Below the pieces are notes generated by a model. That model ran no database searches. It saw nothing but the letters and a program-made list of their open reading frames with translations, and was not told where the DNA came from. A stretch of 64,000 bases of DNA from an uncultured Nitrososphaerales archaeon. GTDB taxonomy: Archaea > Thermoproteota > Nitrososphaeria > Nitrososphaerales > Gagatemarchaeaceae. A program made the translations under genes and the position numbers. How positions within the stretch are numbered: the stretch's first letter is position 1; each line of letters starts with the position of its first letter. Below, in pieces: positions 44,302 to 53,697 of the stretch. The stretch spans positions 1,753,758 through 1,817,757 of the forward strand of contig OY970160.1 of assembly GCA_963706445.1 (NCBI GenBank), written 5' to 3'.

Positions 44302-44339
44302 TCAGTTCACCCCAGGCAGAATAATACCCCAGAGGGTAA

Positions 44340-44576
44340 TTATTGACTGACCCGTCTGTATTTTCCTTTGAACTTCTCTATGGCTCCGTGGTTCGCAAGG
44401 CGCTTCAGGATCCTGGAGATTACTTCCTGGTGGTATCCGAGCCTCTCCTTCAGGACTGAGAATACGACCGGCCGATCGCTCGAGCAGATGGCCATGCAGA
44501 CTTGCGCTTCCCTTTCGGTGAGCTGCAGGCAATCGGGACTATCGCATACGGCCACGGGGCAGCAGGAGAGCGACAT
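44340..44576 (-). CDS. Small winged-helix regulator with Cys-rich N-terminus
   Basis: MSLSCCPVAVCDSPDC, then LTEREAQ..F..LK..LG.HQE..SRILKRL...G.IEK..G.Y. Confidence 0.8.
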   Translation of the reverse strand: MSLSCCPVAVCDSPDCLQLTEREAQVCMAICSSDRPVVFSVLKERLGYHQEVISRILKRLANHGAIEKFKGKYRRVSQ

Positions 44577-44666
44577 GGCTTCCACAATTATTTCGCGGAG
44601 CTATTTATTGACCAACGTGAGAGCCCGCCGATAGGATATAAACAGAGGTTGGAGAGCCGCGAAATA

Positions 44667-44745
44667 GGGGTCGTCGGCTAGTCTGGTCTAGGCTTCAAGC
44701 CTCGGGCGCTTGAGATCGCTGGTTCAAATCCGGCCGACCCCATCC
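44667..44745 (+). tRNA. tRNA-Pro(CGG), no intron, encoded CCA
   Basis: GGGGTCG/CGACCCC acceptor; CAAGC-CTCGGGC-GCTTG arm; GGTTCAAATCC. Confidence 0.93.
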
Positions 44746-44753
44746 ATTCTCAA

Positions 44754-45167
44754 TCATCTCCACCGCTTTACTGACGTCCACTCCTTTCCCTTGGGTTGCT
44801 CGATTCCCCAGGTCACGGAGATCGTGGGGCTGATTCGGATGTATTTCCCCGCTCCAAAAATCCCATCATGCTCTTTGACTTCGGCCATTCCATTCACCTT
44901 TACCCCACGGGGTCTCCAGGGATTCACAGAGACAAGGTCATCGACCACGATGGAAACCCGATTGTTGCCGCCAGCGATGTTCCTGTACCTCCTTGTCGTG
45001 GGGAAGATGTCTTGGCTGTGGCTCCCCACCCAGAAGTACTTCCCATCGAACTCGAAACCCACTGGCGAGACTTCTGGGGTTCCCTTCGGAGATGCAGTGG
45101 CAATTCTTGCCAGCCTCTGTGTCTTTAGATAGTTCACCTCTGCCTTAGAGAACAAGCCGTCAGTCAC
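44754..45167 (-). CDS. PPOX-class F420-dependent oxidoreductase
   Basis: YL..QRLARIAT...G.P.V.PVGF, RNI....RVS.VVDDL...PW.PRG. Confidence 0.88.
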   Translation of the reverse strand: MTDGLFSKAEVNYLKTQRLARIATASPKGTPEVSPVGFEFDGKYFWVGSHSQDIFPTTRRYRNIAGGNNRVSIVVDDLVSVNPWRPRGVKVNGMAEVKEHDGIFGAGKYIRISPTISVTWGIEQPKGKEWTSVKRWR

Positions 45168-45301
45168 TCCATCTCGCTCCGTATAAGTTGACCAGCTCGG
45201 ACCAAACCAAGTCATCGTAGATGCGGAATAGGCGAATCGGAGCCCTCTCCGATTGAGACCCACAACTCATAATATCCCAAGAGAGTGCCAAATCGGAGAA
45301 C

Positions 45302-46069
45302 TTGAATCAGAAAGGGTCGGTCGAGCGTTTCTTCAGCCAACACGCAGTAGACTACTCCAAGAGCCGAAGCCACGCCTCTGGCTCCGACCTCACGGCTCTG
45401 CTGGAGGCCCTGAAACCATCGAAGTCAGAAGTGGCTCTGGACGTGGCGACCGGGACAGGGTTCACAGCCGTCGCGCTCGCAAGGCTCGTGGGACATGTCA
45501 CAGGCATCGACGTGACAGATGAAATGTTGGGGCAGGCGAGGATGCTCGCCACCAAAGAGGACGCTCCCAACGTCAGGTTCGAGCTGGGGGACGCGATGAA
45601 GATCGACTATTCTGGCGCCACCTTCGACATCGTCACGACGAGGAGAGCCGCCCATCATTTCGAGAACGTACCCAGGTTCCTGAGAGAAGCGAAGAGGGTC
45701 CTGAGACCTGGAGGCCGTCTTGGGGTTGTCGACATGTCCCCCCCAGAAGGAGCGGAGGTCTTCTCCAACAAAATCGAACGGCTCCGCGACAAGAGTCACA
45801 CTGGGGCCTTCACCCCGAGCGCCTGGAAGTCCATTGTGTCACGTGCCGGCTTCCACATCCTGTCTGCCGACGTGCTCGGCGAAGCTGTTACCTTCCAAAG
45901 ATGGCTCTACCCGGTCGAGCCGGGGGGCCCCGAGGAGAAGGTCATCAGCTCAGCTTGGGGTTCGGCTCCGCCTCGCGTGAAGTCACTCCTCGAGGCGAAG
46001 TTCGAAGGAGAGAATGTTAAGGGATGGACGAAGAACAGAATCGTCCTTGTCGCTTCAAAAACCCAATAA
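45302..46069 (+). CDS. Class I SAM-dependent methyltransferase
   Basis: LDVATGTG, GID, FDIV, AHHF, RVLRPGG. Confidence 0.92.
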   Translation: MNQKGSVERFFSQHAVDYSKSRSHASGSDLTALLEALKPSKSEVALDVATGTGFTAVALARLVGHVTGIDVTDEMLGQARMLATKEDAPNVRFELGDAMKIDYSGATFDIVTTRRAAHHFENVPRFLREAKRVLRPGGRLGVVDMSPPEGAEVFSNKIERLRDKSHTGAFTPSAWKSIVSRAGFHILSADVLGEAVTFQRWLYPVEPGGPEEKVISSAWGSAPPRVKSLLEAKFEGENVKGWTKNRIVLVASKTQ

Positions 46070-46082
46070 ACCGAATCTCTCG

Positions 46083-47195
46083 ATGGATAACGCCTTGTCC
46101 CGGGTCATCGGCCACCTAGACCTCGACTACTTCTATGCCCAAGTAGAGGAGGTGGAAAACCCATCTCTCAAGGGGCGCCCGGTGATCATATGCGTCTTCT
46201 CAGGGAGGACTGAAGACAGCGGGGTGGTGAGCACGGCGAACTATGTAGCAAGGGGGCTCGGGGTCCACTCCGCCATGCCAATCACTCTGGCCAAGAAGAA
46301 GCTCGAAGGAAAGGACCCTGCGATATTCCGGATGGAGCACGAGAAGTACGAGGTCGTGTCCAGCAGAATAATGGAGGACCTCGAGAAAAGGGTCGACGTC
46401 CTGGAGCCTTCGGGCATCGACGAGGCCTTCTTCGACCTCAGCGCCTCGACCAAAGGGGACTTCGCAAGGGCCCGCGACTCGGCCCAAGTGTTGAAGGAAT
46501 CGCTTCTGAGAAACGAAGGGTTGACCTGCTCCATCGGCCTGGGGAGGAGCAAGGTGGTGGCCAAGCTCGCTTCTGACCTTGCCAAGCCGGCTGGCTTGAA
46601 GGTGGTCGCGCCCGAGACCACTCCAGAATTCCTCTCATCTCTCCCAGTCTCGAAGCTCTATGGCGTGGGTCCAAAGACCACCACATCTCTCGAAGAGATG
46701 GGCATCACGACGGTCGGAGAGCTCGCACGTTCCAACCCCGTCGAGCTCGAGAGCCACTTCGGGCGGAAATTCGGAGCATACCTGCTGGCTGCGGCGAACG
46801 GGAACGACGACGACCCCGTAGTCGCAGGCCATGAACCTACTCAGTTCAGTCGAATACTCACGCTAAAGCGGGACACACGAGACCCTGCGGAGATCTATGG
46901 CCAGCTAAAAGAGGGGATTGGATACATCCACGAAAAGCTGGTTTCATCGGGCAGGTCTTCCAGGACAGTCACGGCCATCGGGATTTTGACCGACCTTTCA
47001 ACTAAGACGAAGAGCAAGACCTTCGAGACTCCGATAAACGATCTGACATCGATTAACGAGGCGACCCTGGGGCTTTTCGAGGATTTGAAATCGGCCGTGG
47101 ACAAGGATATCAGGCGAGCCGGCGTCAGAGTCTCTGGGCTAGAGAAAACGGAAGACCAGACTTCGCTCTCCGAGTTCGTACGTCCAACAGGTTGA
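46083..47195 (+). CDS. dinB: Y-family DNA polymerase IV (Dpo4/DinB)
   Basis: HLDLDYFYAQVEE, STANY.AR..G, GIDEAFFD, KP.G, GVG; C-terminal PIP box QTSLSEF. Confidence 0.95.
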   Translation: MDNALSRVIGHLDLDYFYAQVEEVENPSLKGRPVIICVFSGRTEDSGVVSTANYVARGLGVHSAMPITLAKKKLEGKDPAIFRMEHEKYEVVSSRIMEDLEKRVDVLEPSGIDEAFFDLSASTKGDFARARDSAQVLKESLLRNEGLTCSIGLGRSKVVAKLASDLAKPAGLKVVAPETTPEFLSSLPVSKLYGVGPKTTTSLEEMGITTVGELARSNPVELESHFGRKFGAYLLAAANGNDDDPVVAGHEPTQFSRILTLKRDTRDPAEIYGQLKEGIGYIHEKLVSSGRSSRTVTAIGILTDLSTKTKSKTFETPINDLTSINEATLGLFEDLKSAVDKDIRRAGVRVSGLEKTEDQTSLSEFVRPTG

Positions 47196-47584
47196 GAGAG
47201 ACGAGCGAGCAAATCGACGCGATCAAAGGGAAGTTCCCCGAGCTTCAGAAGCACGGGTCCAAGCTGGACCGGGCCGTCGACGCGGTCCTCGCCGGAGCGG
47301 TGAAAGAGAGCGTCTTCCTCCCGAGCGGCCGCAAGGTGATCACCATGGTGGGTCGCCTCGGAGACGAGTTCATGGACCCAGACAAGCCCTACTGCTCCTG
47401 CAGCAACTTCTACTTCCGCGTCCTCGGAGGGAGGGAGGAGATCTGCTACCACCTCCTGAGCTACGGGATCGCCTCCAAGACCGGCAGGATTGATACAGTA
47501 AAGTTCAGCGACGAGGAATACGGGGGATACCTCGCAGCGACTGTTCGGGATGTCTTCGAAGTCCTGCGGCGAAGCGGCCACTAG
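47192..47584 (+). CDS. SWIM zinc-finger protein
   Basis: YCSC.NFYF...CYHL; 4-nt overlap with dinB. Confidence 0.85.
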   Translation: MRETSEQIDAIKGKFPELQKHGSKLDRAVDAVLAGAVKESVFLPSGRKVITMVGRLGDEFMDPDKPYCSCSNFYFRVLGGREEICYHLLSYGIASKTGRIDTVKFSDEEYGGYLAATVRDVFEVLRRSGH

Positions 47585-47596
47585 CTAGGTTGGAAG

Positions 47597-47707
47597 AGCC
47601 GCGGGAGGGCCTTCCGTGCCCTGGCGGGCATTTCGATCCCTCGACCTTGTGCTCTCTTGACTTTCGCTTACAAGGCACACGCTCTAGCCAGGCTGAGCTA
47701 CCGCGGC
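47597..47707 (-). tRNA. tRNA-Thr(TGT), two introns (37/38: 47654-47668; 59/60: 47611-47631)
   Basis: GCCGCGG acceptor; perfect BHB CTTG/CAAG; T-loop hairpin TGCCC/GGGCA; mature length 75 nt without CCA. Confidence 0.87.
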
Positions 47708-47788
47708 ACGCCCCTGCTCGCTCCGAACTCACTTTATCTCCTTTTGTCGCCCTGATATCCCTAAAGCCAAGGGCCCTCGGGCCACGCC

Positions 47789-48592
47789 ATGGAATACCGC
47801 CAGCTCGGCCGCACAGGGGAGAATGTCTCCACAATCGGAATGGGGGCCTGGCACATGGGCTCCTTGGGGACCCGCGAGGAACACGACAGGGAAGTGAGGG
47901 CGCTCAAGAGGGGCATCGAGCTGGGCATAACCATGATCGACACAGCTGAGCTCTACTCTTCAGGAAGGTCCGAGGAGATTGTCGGCGACGCCATCAAGGG
48001 AGTGCGGGAGCGGGTCTTTGTCGCTACGAAGGTGGCCCCGCCACATCTGCACCACGACGACGTCATAGGTTCGTGCAAAGCAAGCCTGAAGCGCCTGGGG
48101 GTCCCGTACATCGACCTCTACCAGGTCCACTGGCCCGACCCCAAGGTCCCAGTCAAGGAGACAATGTCGGCCATGGAGGAGCTGGTGAAGGAGGGACTGG
48201 TTAGATACATCGGGGTCAGCAACTTCAGCGTCTCACAGACGGAGGAGGCCAGGGGAGCCTTGGCAAGAAATGAAATCGCCTCCAATCAAGTCGAATACTC
48301 TGTCAGGAACAGGGACGTCGAACCTGAGATACTCCCCTATTGCGGGAAGGAGAAGATCACGCTGATCGCCTACAGTCCCCTCGCATTGGGGAACATAGCG
48401 AAGTCGATGCCTAAGCCTCTGCTCCAGAAGTACAAGATGACCCCAGCTCAGGTCATGCTCAACTGGGTGACCCGCCACCAGCAGGTGGTGGCGATCCCGA
48501 AGGCGGCTGACATCGGTCATGTGGAAGAGAACGCGTCGTCGGTCTCCGTAAGATTCGAGCCTTCGGAATACGAGCAGATCGGCGTGGACTAG
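47789..48592 (+). CDS. Aldo/keto reductase
   Basis: IDTAELY, VATK, DLYQVHWP, IGVSNF, AYSPL. Confidence 0.93.
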   Translation: MEYRQLGRTGENVSTIGMGAWHMGSLGTREEHDREVRALKRGIELGITMIDTAELYSSGRSEEIVGDAIKGVRERVFVATKVAPPHLHHDDVIGSCKASLKRLGVPYIDLYQVHWPDPKVPVKETMSAMEELVKEGLVRYIGVSNFSVSQTEEARGALARNEIASNQVEYSVRNRDVEPEILPYCGKEKITLIAYSPLALGNIAKSMPKPLLQKYKMTPAQVMLNWVTRHQQVVAIPKAADIGHVEENASSVSVRFEPSEYEQIGVD

Positions 48593-48599
48593 CGGTCGT

Positions 48600-48722
48600 C
48601 TACTCCGTCGGGAGAGGGTAAAGGCAGTTAGAGCAACAATCGTAGGACATTTCCAAGGAGTTAGTGGGGTCGAGGTACCGATTGCACCAGATGCACCGAT
48701 ATGGGGAGACGTAGGCTTGCAT
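48600..48722 (-). CDS. Putative 40-aa CxxC..CxxC zinc-finger microprotein (not in ORF track)
   Basis: MQAYVSPYRCIWCNRYLDPTNSLEMSYDCCSNCLYPLPTE; TTAAATA box 24-30 nt upstream. Confidence 0.55.
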   Translation of the reverse strand: MQAYVSPYRCIWCNRYLDPTNSLEMSYDCCSNCLYPLPTE

Positions 48723-48792
48723 TATCCGATGACGAGACGTTTGACTATTTAAGATACAGCAAACGACTATCACATGTTCTGCAAAAAGCGAA

Positions 48793-51135
48793 TTACTTGG
48801 TGATGTGATGCATGCGGACCAGGTCCTTCTCGAACTGCTTGAGGTTCGAAGGTATTCTGGTGTTGATCGAATCCTTGAGCGCGAGCCCCTTGTCCCTCTT
48901 TGTCTTCCAGACCTGGGCGTTGAACTCCATTATGCTCTGGCTGACTTTCTCGCTCACGTCGAACCTCTGCGCCTTGGGGAATGGCTGCAGATGGATGCTC
49001 TGGGTGCCGTACTGCTTCCTCCACACGTAGTCCGTCATGTACGGGGTGATTGGTGCCACCAGCAGCAGCATGCTCTTCACGACAGTATGGAGAGTGTACC
49101 ACGCAGCCTCCTGCTCTCCTTTGGTCGTGCCGTCGCCGTACGCCCTCCCCTTCGCCATCTCGAGGTAATTGGAGGCGAAGACGTTCCAGAGGAACTCCCG
49201 CACCTTCGTTGCCACGGTGAATACATCGAACCGCTCGTACGCTTCCACACAGTCCTGCGTCAGCTTGCCCAGCTCGTTGAGCATCCACTTGTCAGTCCAG
49301 GTGAGCTCAGCCTTCTCGGGCATGGGGAACGAGCTGATGAACCTGCAGGTGTTCCAGAACTTGGTGAGGAACTTCCCCGCACCCGCGATTCTCTCCTCGC
49401 TGAATCTGAAGTCGTACCCCAGGCCCGCCTCCGATGCACCCCAGAACCTGAAGGCGTCAGCTCCGAACCGGACCAGGACCGGCTCCGGGTCGACGAAGTT
49501 CCCCAGGCTCTTCCTCATGGCCCTCCCCTGCGAGTCCTGGCCAAGCCCGCCGATCCAGGCGTGCTTGAACGGCTCCCTCCCCGTCAGCTGGTAGCTCTTC
49601 AGCAGCGTGTAGTACAGCCACGTCCTAACGATGTCCTTCCCCTGCATCCTGAGTGTCGCGGGGTAGGTTAGGCTCCGGAACTTGCCGTTCTTCGTATATT
49701 TCGAAATGTAAAGGGGGGAGAGGCTCGAGTCCATCCAGGTATCGAACGTCCTGGTCTCCCCGATGAACCTCGTGTTCCCACACTTCTTGCACTTCTTGAA
49801 GGGCGCTTCATCCCTCCACGGCCTGTAGTACACCCCAGGCTTCGGGAGGTGCGGGGTGTTGCATTTGCTGCAGTACCAGACGGGTATCTCTGTCGAGTAG
49901 TACCTGCGCCTAGATATCGGATAGTCTGTCGTCAGCACGTCTATCCAGTCGAGCAGTATCTGGCGGTGCATCGCCGGGTGGAACTCTATCTTCTTGGCGA
50001 TTTTCTTCAGCGCCGGCTTGAAGTCTAGCTGCTTCAGGTAATACTCCTCCATGGGGATGATCTCGATGGGGGTGTGGCTCCGCTCGCAGAGCGGGGTCCT
50101 ATGCTGGATCTGCTCCACCTTGGTGGCTACCCCAATCTCCTGCAGGTCCTGGATTATCTGGGACCGGGCGTCCTTGATGGAGACGCCGGCGTACTTGCCT
50201 GCCGCCGAGGTCATCTTCCCGTCCATGTCGACGGCCACGACCTCCTTCAGCTTGAACTCCCTGAACAACATCACGTCGTTGTAGTCCCCATAGCTGCACA
50301 CCATCACCACTCCGCTCCCGAACTTGGGGTCTACGCTCTTGTGGGCCCTGATGGGGACTTCCCTGTTGTAAATCGGAACCGTCGCGGTCTTGCCTATGTG
50401 CTTCCTGTACCTCGCATCAGACGGGTTCACCACCAGCATCTGACAGGCACACAGGAGCTCTGGCCTGGTAGTCGCCACCGGGAGCTCGGCCTTGCTGTCC
50501 TTCACCCTGAAGGTGTTCGTCACCAGGAACGTGGGGAGCTCCTCGTACTCGATTTCAGCGTCGGCGATGGTGGTGTTGCAGTCCACGCAGTAGTTGTTCG
50601 GCCTGTTGGCGAGGTACACCAGTCCCTTCTTCCAGAGCTCGATGAAAGACCACTGGGTGAGCTTCCTGTACTCCTCCGAGTCTGTCCTGTACTTGTTGTA
50701 GTAGTCCCCCGAAATCCCGAGGGTCTTCAGGAGGCCGACCATGTAGGTCTCTAGGTCGTCAAGGGCATGCTTGCAGAGATTGATGAACTCCTCCCGGGGG
50801 GTCTTCCTCATCTGGACCCTGTACTTCCTCTCGGCGAAGATCTCCACAGGGAGGCCGTTCCTGTCAATCCCGATCGGATACAGGACGCTGAACCCCCTCA
50901 TCCTCGCGGCCCTGGCCGTCATGTCAATCTGGGTGTACTGAGTGAGGGCACCCGGGTGCCACGGCTTCCCGGAGGGGTACGGGGGCGGGGTATCTATCAC
51001 AAAGTTGCGATTCTTGCTATTCGAAGGCTTGAACTCGAAAATTCTTCTCTCCATATCCCAAATTTGTCGCATTTCGGCCTCAAGTTTTGGGTCCCAAGAA
51101 GTCGCTTCAAGCTTCGCTGAGAACTGTGGCCGCAA
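48793..51135 (-). CDS. valS: Valine--tRNA ligase (archaeal type)
   Basis: IDTPPPYPSG, HPGA (HIGH), ATTRPE, FDTWMDSS, QGKDI, AMRKS (KMSKS). Confidence 0.93.
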   Translation of the reverse strand: MRPQFSAKLEATSWDPKLEAEMRQIWDMERRIFEFKPSNSKNRNFVIDTPPPYPSGKPWHPGALTQYTQIDMTARAARMRGFSVLYPIGIDRNGLPVEIFAERKYRVQMRKTPREEFINLCKHALDDLETYMVGLLKTLGISGDYYNKYRTDSEEYRKLTQWSFIELWKKGLVYLANRPNNYCVDCNTTIADAEIEYEELPTFLVTNTFRVKDSKAELPVATTRPELLCACQMLVVNPSDARYRKHIGKTATVPIYNREVPIRAHKSVDPKFGSGVVMVCSYGDYNDVMLFREFKLKEVVAVDMDGKMTSAAGKYAGVSIKDARSQIIQDLQEIGVATKVEQIQHRTPLCERSHTPIEIIPMEEYYLKQLDFKPALKKIAKKIEFHPAMHRQILLDWIDVLTTDYPISRRRYYSTEIPVWYCSKCNTPHLPKPGVYYRPWRDEAPFKKCKKCGNTRFIGETRTFDTWMDSSLSPLYISKYTKNGKFRSLTYPATLRMQGKDIVRTWLYYTLLKSYQLTGREPFKHAWIGGLGQDSQGRAMRKSLGNFVDPEPVLVRFGADAFRFWGASEAGLGYDFRFSEERIAGAGKFLTKFWNTCRFISSFPMPEKAELTWTDKWMLNELGKLTQDCVEAYERFDVFTVATKVREFLWNVFASNYLEMAKGRAYGDGTTKGEQEAAWYTLHTVVKSMLLLVAPITPYMTDYVWRKQYGTQSIHLQPFPKAQRFDVSEKVSQSIMEFNAQVWKTKRDKGLALKDSINTRIPSNLKQFEKDLVRMHHITK

Positions 51136-51171
51136 ACGTATGCAGGCTGTCCCATGAGAGAGTATATGAAG

Positions 51172-51750
51172 TTAAGAGGGGTTTTTGGTCCCCAAAACGG
51201 CGTTTCTCTGAGTTGCCCTGGCCACCCCTTTGAGGAGAGGGTACCCAAGAATCCCTATCGCAAGGACCTCGCTTCCAAGGAATTCGGCCCAGCCGACCCA
51301 CAGGGGGACGCCAGGGGCAGCTGCCCAGGCGACCAGGTAGCTTCCCACCACAATCGTCACCACGGCTATCTCGATTCCAACTGCCAGCAGCCAGCTGCCT
51401 GGGAACTTCTTCCTCGTGATAGCCCAGGCCAGGGTCGCAGCCACGAAGTTCGCCACCGGTCCTCCGATTATGTCGACGATTCCGATGGGGCTCCCAAGGA
51501 GGTTTCCAATGAAGCACCCAATCGTCACGCCGATGATCGCCGGAGGGCCGAACAAGATCGAGAGGGGCAGGAGGGCATCGACCACCCTGACCTGCAGGGG
51601 GCCAAAGCTGGTGACTGCGAAATAGAAGACGTAGGCTCCATAGAGCGCCGCCAGCACGGCCGCAAGTGCTACACTACGCGTGTTCCAGATTCTCTTTGTG
51701 TCCAATTCCTCCCACACCGGGATTTGTAAGGCGGATCGGGTGGAAGTCAC
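51172..51750 (-). CDS. QueT-family transporter
   Basis: AALY...SFGPLQVRV.DAL, G..IGC.I.N, DI.GG. Confidence 0.85.
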   Translation of the reverse strand: MTSTRSALQIPVWEELDTKRIWNTRSVALAAVLAALYGAYVFYFAVTSFGPLQVRVVDALLPLSILFGPPAIIGVTIGCFIGNLLGSPIGIVDIIGGPVANFVAATLAWAITRKKFPGSWLLAVGIEIAVVTIVVGSYLVAWAAAPGVPLWVGWAEFLGSEVLAIGILGYPLLKGVARATQRNAVLGTKNPS

Positions 51751-51794
51751 TCACCCGCCAATCTCGACGTCGCCCCCCAGGTCGATTTAAGGCA

Positions 51795-52619
51795 TTACCG
51801 GTATGTCAGGTCCAGCTCTGACCTGTCATTGTCCGTGAGCTGAAATTCACCTGCCCCTGCGTTCTCTCGGACATGCTCCGGAGTGGAGGCGCGAGGGATA
51901 GGAAACACGCTGGGCTTCCCAGCCAGCCACTGTAGTGCTACCTGCGCCCTCGTCTTCCCCAGGCGCGAGCTGGCCGAATCGAGCCTCCGGTCAGACGGAA
52001 GCTTCCCATGGCCGAGAGGGTAATACGCAAGCAGCGCGATCTTCTCCTTTTCACAATATGGGAGGATATCCCCTTCCACATTCCTGTGGATGAGGCTGTA
52101 ATCCAGCTGGACCGAGCTCAGTTCTGACTTTGGAAGGGCCGACTGCGCTTCCTGCAATTGAGATAGGTTGAAGTTGCTCACCCCTACGTGCCTGAGCTTC
52201 CCCTGAGCCACGAGCTCCTCCATGGCCCCCATGCTCTCTTGGATGGGGACCCTCGGGTTTGGCCAGTGCACCTGGTACAGGTCGATGTAAGATGTCCCGA
52301 GCCTGCTCAGGCTGTGTTCGAACGCCCTGACAAGAGCGTCTCTGTGGAGGTGGTTCGGCCAGACCTTCGTCGCGAGGAAGATCTCATCTCTCTTCCTTTC
52401 TGCCAGCGCCTTCGCCACCAGCGGTTCGGACCGATAAATCTCTGCCGTGTCGACGAGCGTGATCCCAGAATCGAGCCCCGCATCTATTGCGCTGACCTTC
52501 GTATCCGCTCCACGTCTCCATCCGGCGAATGCCGTCGCTATCCACTGTGGATCGTAGTAGGTCCCCATCCCGACCTCGGAGACCATGCGCCCAGTCTTGG
52601 CGAACTCCTTGAGATGCAC
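51795..52619 (-). CDS. Aldo/keto reductase
   Basis: VDTAEIY, LATK, DLYQVHWP, VGVSNF. Confidence 0.93.
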   Translation of the reverse strand: MHLKEFAKTGRMVSEVGMGTYYDPQWIATAFAGWRRGADTKVSAIDAGLDSGITLVDTAEIYRSEPLVAKALAERKRDEIFLATKVWPNHLHRDALVRAFEHSLSRLGTSYIDLYQVHWPNPRVPIQESMGAMEELVAQGKLRHVGVSNFNLSQLQEAQSALPKSELSSVQLDYSLIHRNVEGDILPYCEKEKIALLAYYPLGHGKLPSDRRLDSASSRLGKTRAQVALQWLAGKPSVFPIPRASTPEHVRENAGAGEFQLTDNDRSELDLTYR

Positions 52620-52681
52620 AGTCTCCTAGAGGCTAGAACACCAATTAAAAGAAAACGGCGGGGCTTGGCTACAATGTATTG

Positions 52682-53659
52682 TTACGAAGAGCCCTTCCCC
52701 TTGGCTGTCTCTGCCTCTATCACCTCCTTCGGGAGAAGCCAGTAGATGTCAGGGTGCTCCGCCTTGAGTGTGGCGAAGGTCGGGGGGAGGAGGCCATTCC
52801 TGCGGGCCCTGCGGACGTTGTACTCGACGAAACGCCTCATCGCGCTCGTCTCTCCGCCCGCGGCTACGAACGCCCTGATCTTCTCTATGGCAATCTCGTC
52901 GTCGACCTTCTTGATGTTGACAAGATACGGAGCTAGGACCAGCCAGACCAGCCTGTGCCGGCCGTCTGACACAGGATGTGCCAGAAGGTCCTCGACGTAG
53001 AGGTACCCCTTGTTCGACTTCGGTCTTGGGGTAGGGACATACTGGATGACATCCGCCTTGACCCCTGCGAGCCGCTTGGGGAATGCACCTTTCCTGAGGT
53101 TCCTGACGCCATCCGCTATGGCCGCCAAGGCGCAGGCTCCGAAGAAGTCGTTCAGCAGGTTGTCACTGACACGGACAAGCCCCTTGTCGAGCTCCTGTCT
53201 GGAGAGCTTCCACTTGGGGTCCTTGGAAAGCTCGTACTTCGCCACCAAGGAGAGATACCCCTCGAACGGCATGATGTAGCTCGCCCTTTCATCTGTGACC
53301 TCCAATCGGAGCGAGAGCCCGAAGCACTCGGAGATGATCTCCACCTTAGCCTTCGGCTCTTCTTTGACGAAGAATTCCTTCGCCCTTTCCCCCTCCTTTT
53401 TCGAGAACCTCGATGTCAGCACAGGGTCCTGGCTTGCCACGAGAGCGGCTGCGAAGAAGCTTGAGAACTCGACCAGTTCGGACATGCTCGGCTCGTACTT
53501 CACCCTCCCCAGCGAGCTTAGGAGTCTGCTCTGCGTCTGCTCTACGACTTCTCTGCTGGCGAGCCCGTCCTCAACCGGTATGGATTCGAAGAACTTCCTC
53601 GACCTGGGTGCGAACGGGTATCTCAGCTCGAGGTCTGACAGCAGCGGGCCGTAGGGCAA
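52682..53659 (-). CDS. Primase non-catalytic subunit: PriL-like N-terminal domain plus PriX-like C-terminal domain
   Basis: DL..RYPF...R N-terminus, W+L....L..G.V, C-terminal Y+E.LL.HP+.DGRHR...LVLAPYLVN+K; no Fe-S Cys cluster. Confidence 0.78.
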   Translation of the reverse strand: MPYGPLLSDLELRYPFAPRSRKFFESIPVEDGLASREVVEQTQSRLLSSLGRVKYEPSMSELVEFSSFFAAALVASQDPVLTSRFSKKEGERAKEFFVKEEPKAKVEIISECFGLSLRLEVTDERASYIMPFEGYLSLVAKYELSKDPKWKLSRQELDKGLVRVSDNLLNDFFGACALAAIADGVRNLRKGAFPKRLAGVKADVIQYVPTPRPKSNKGYLYVEDLLAHPVSDGRHRLVWLVLAPYLVNIKKVDDEIAIEKIRAFVAAGGETSAMRRFVEYNVRRARRNGLLPPTFATLKAEHPDIYWLLPKEVIEAETAKGKGSS

Positions 53660-53697
53660 CTAGCTACACCGATGGTTCCAGCTGTTCAGGGTGCTTC

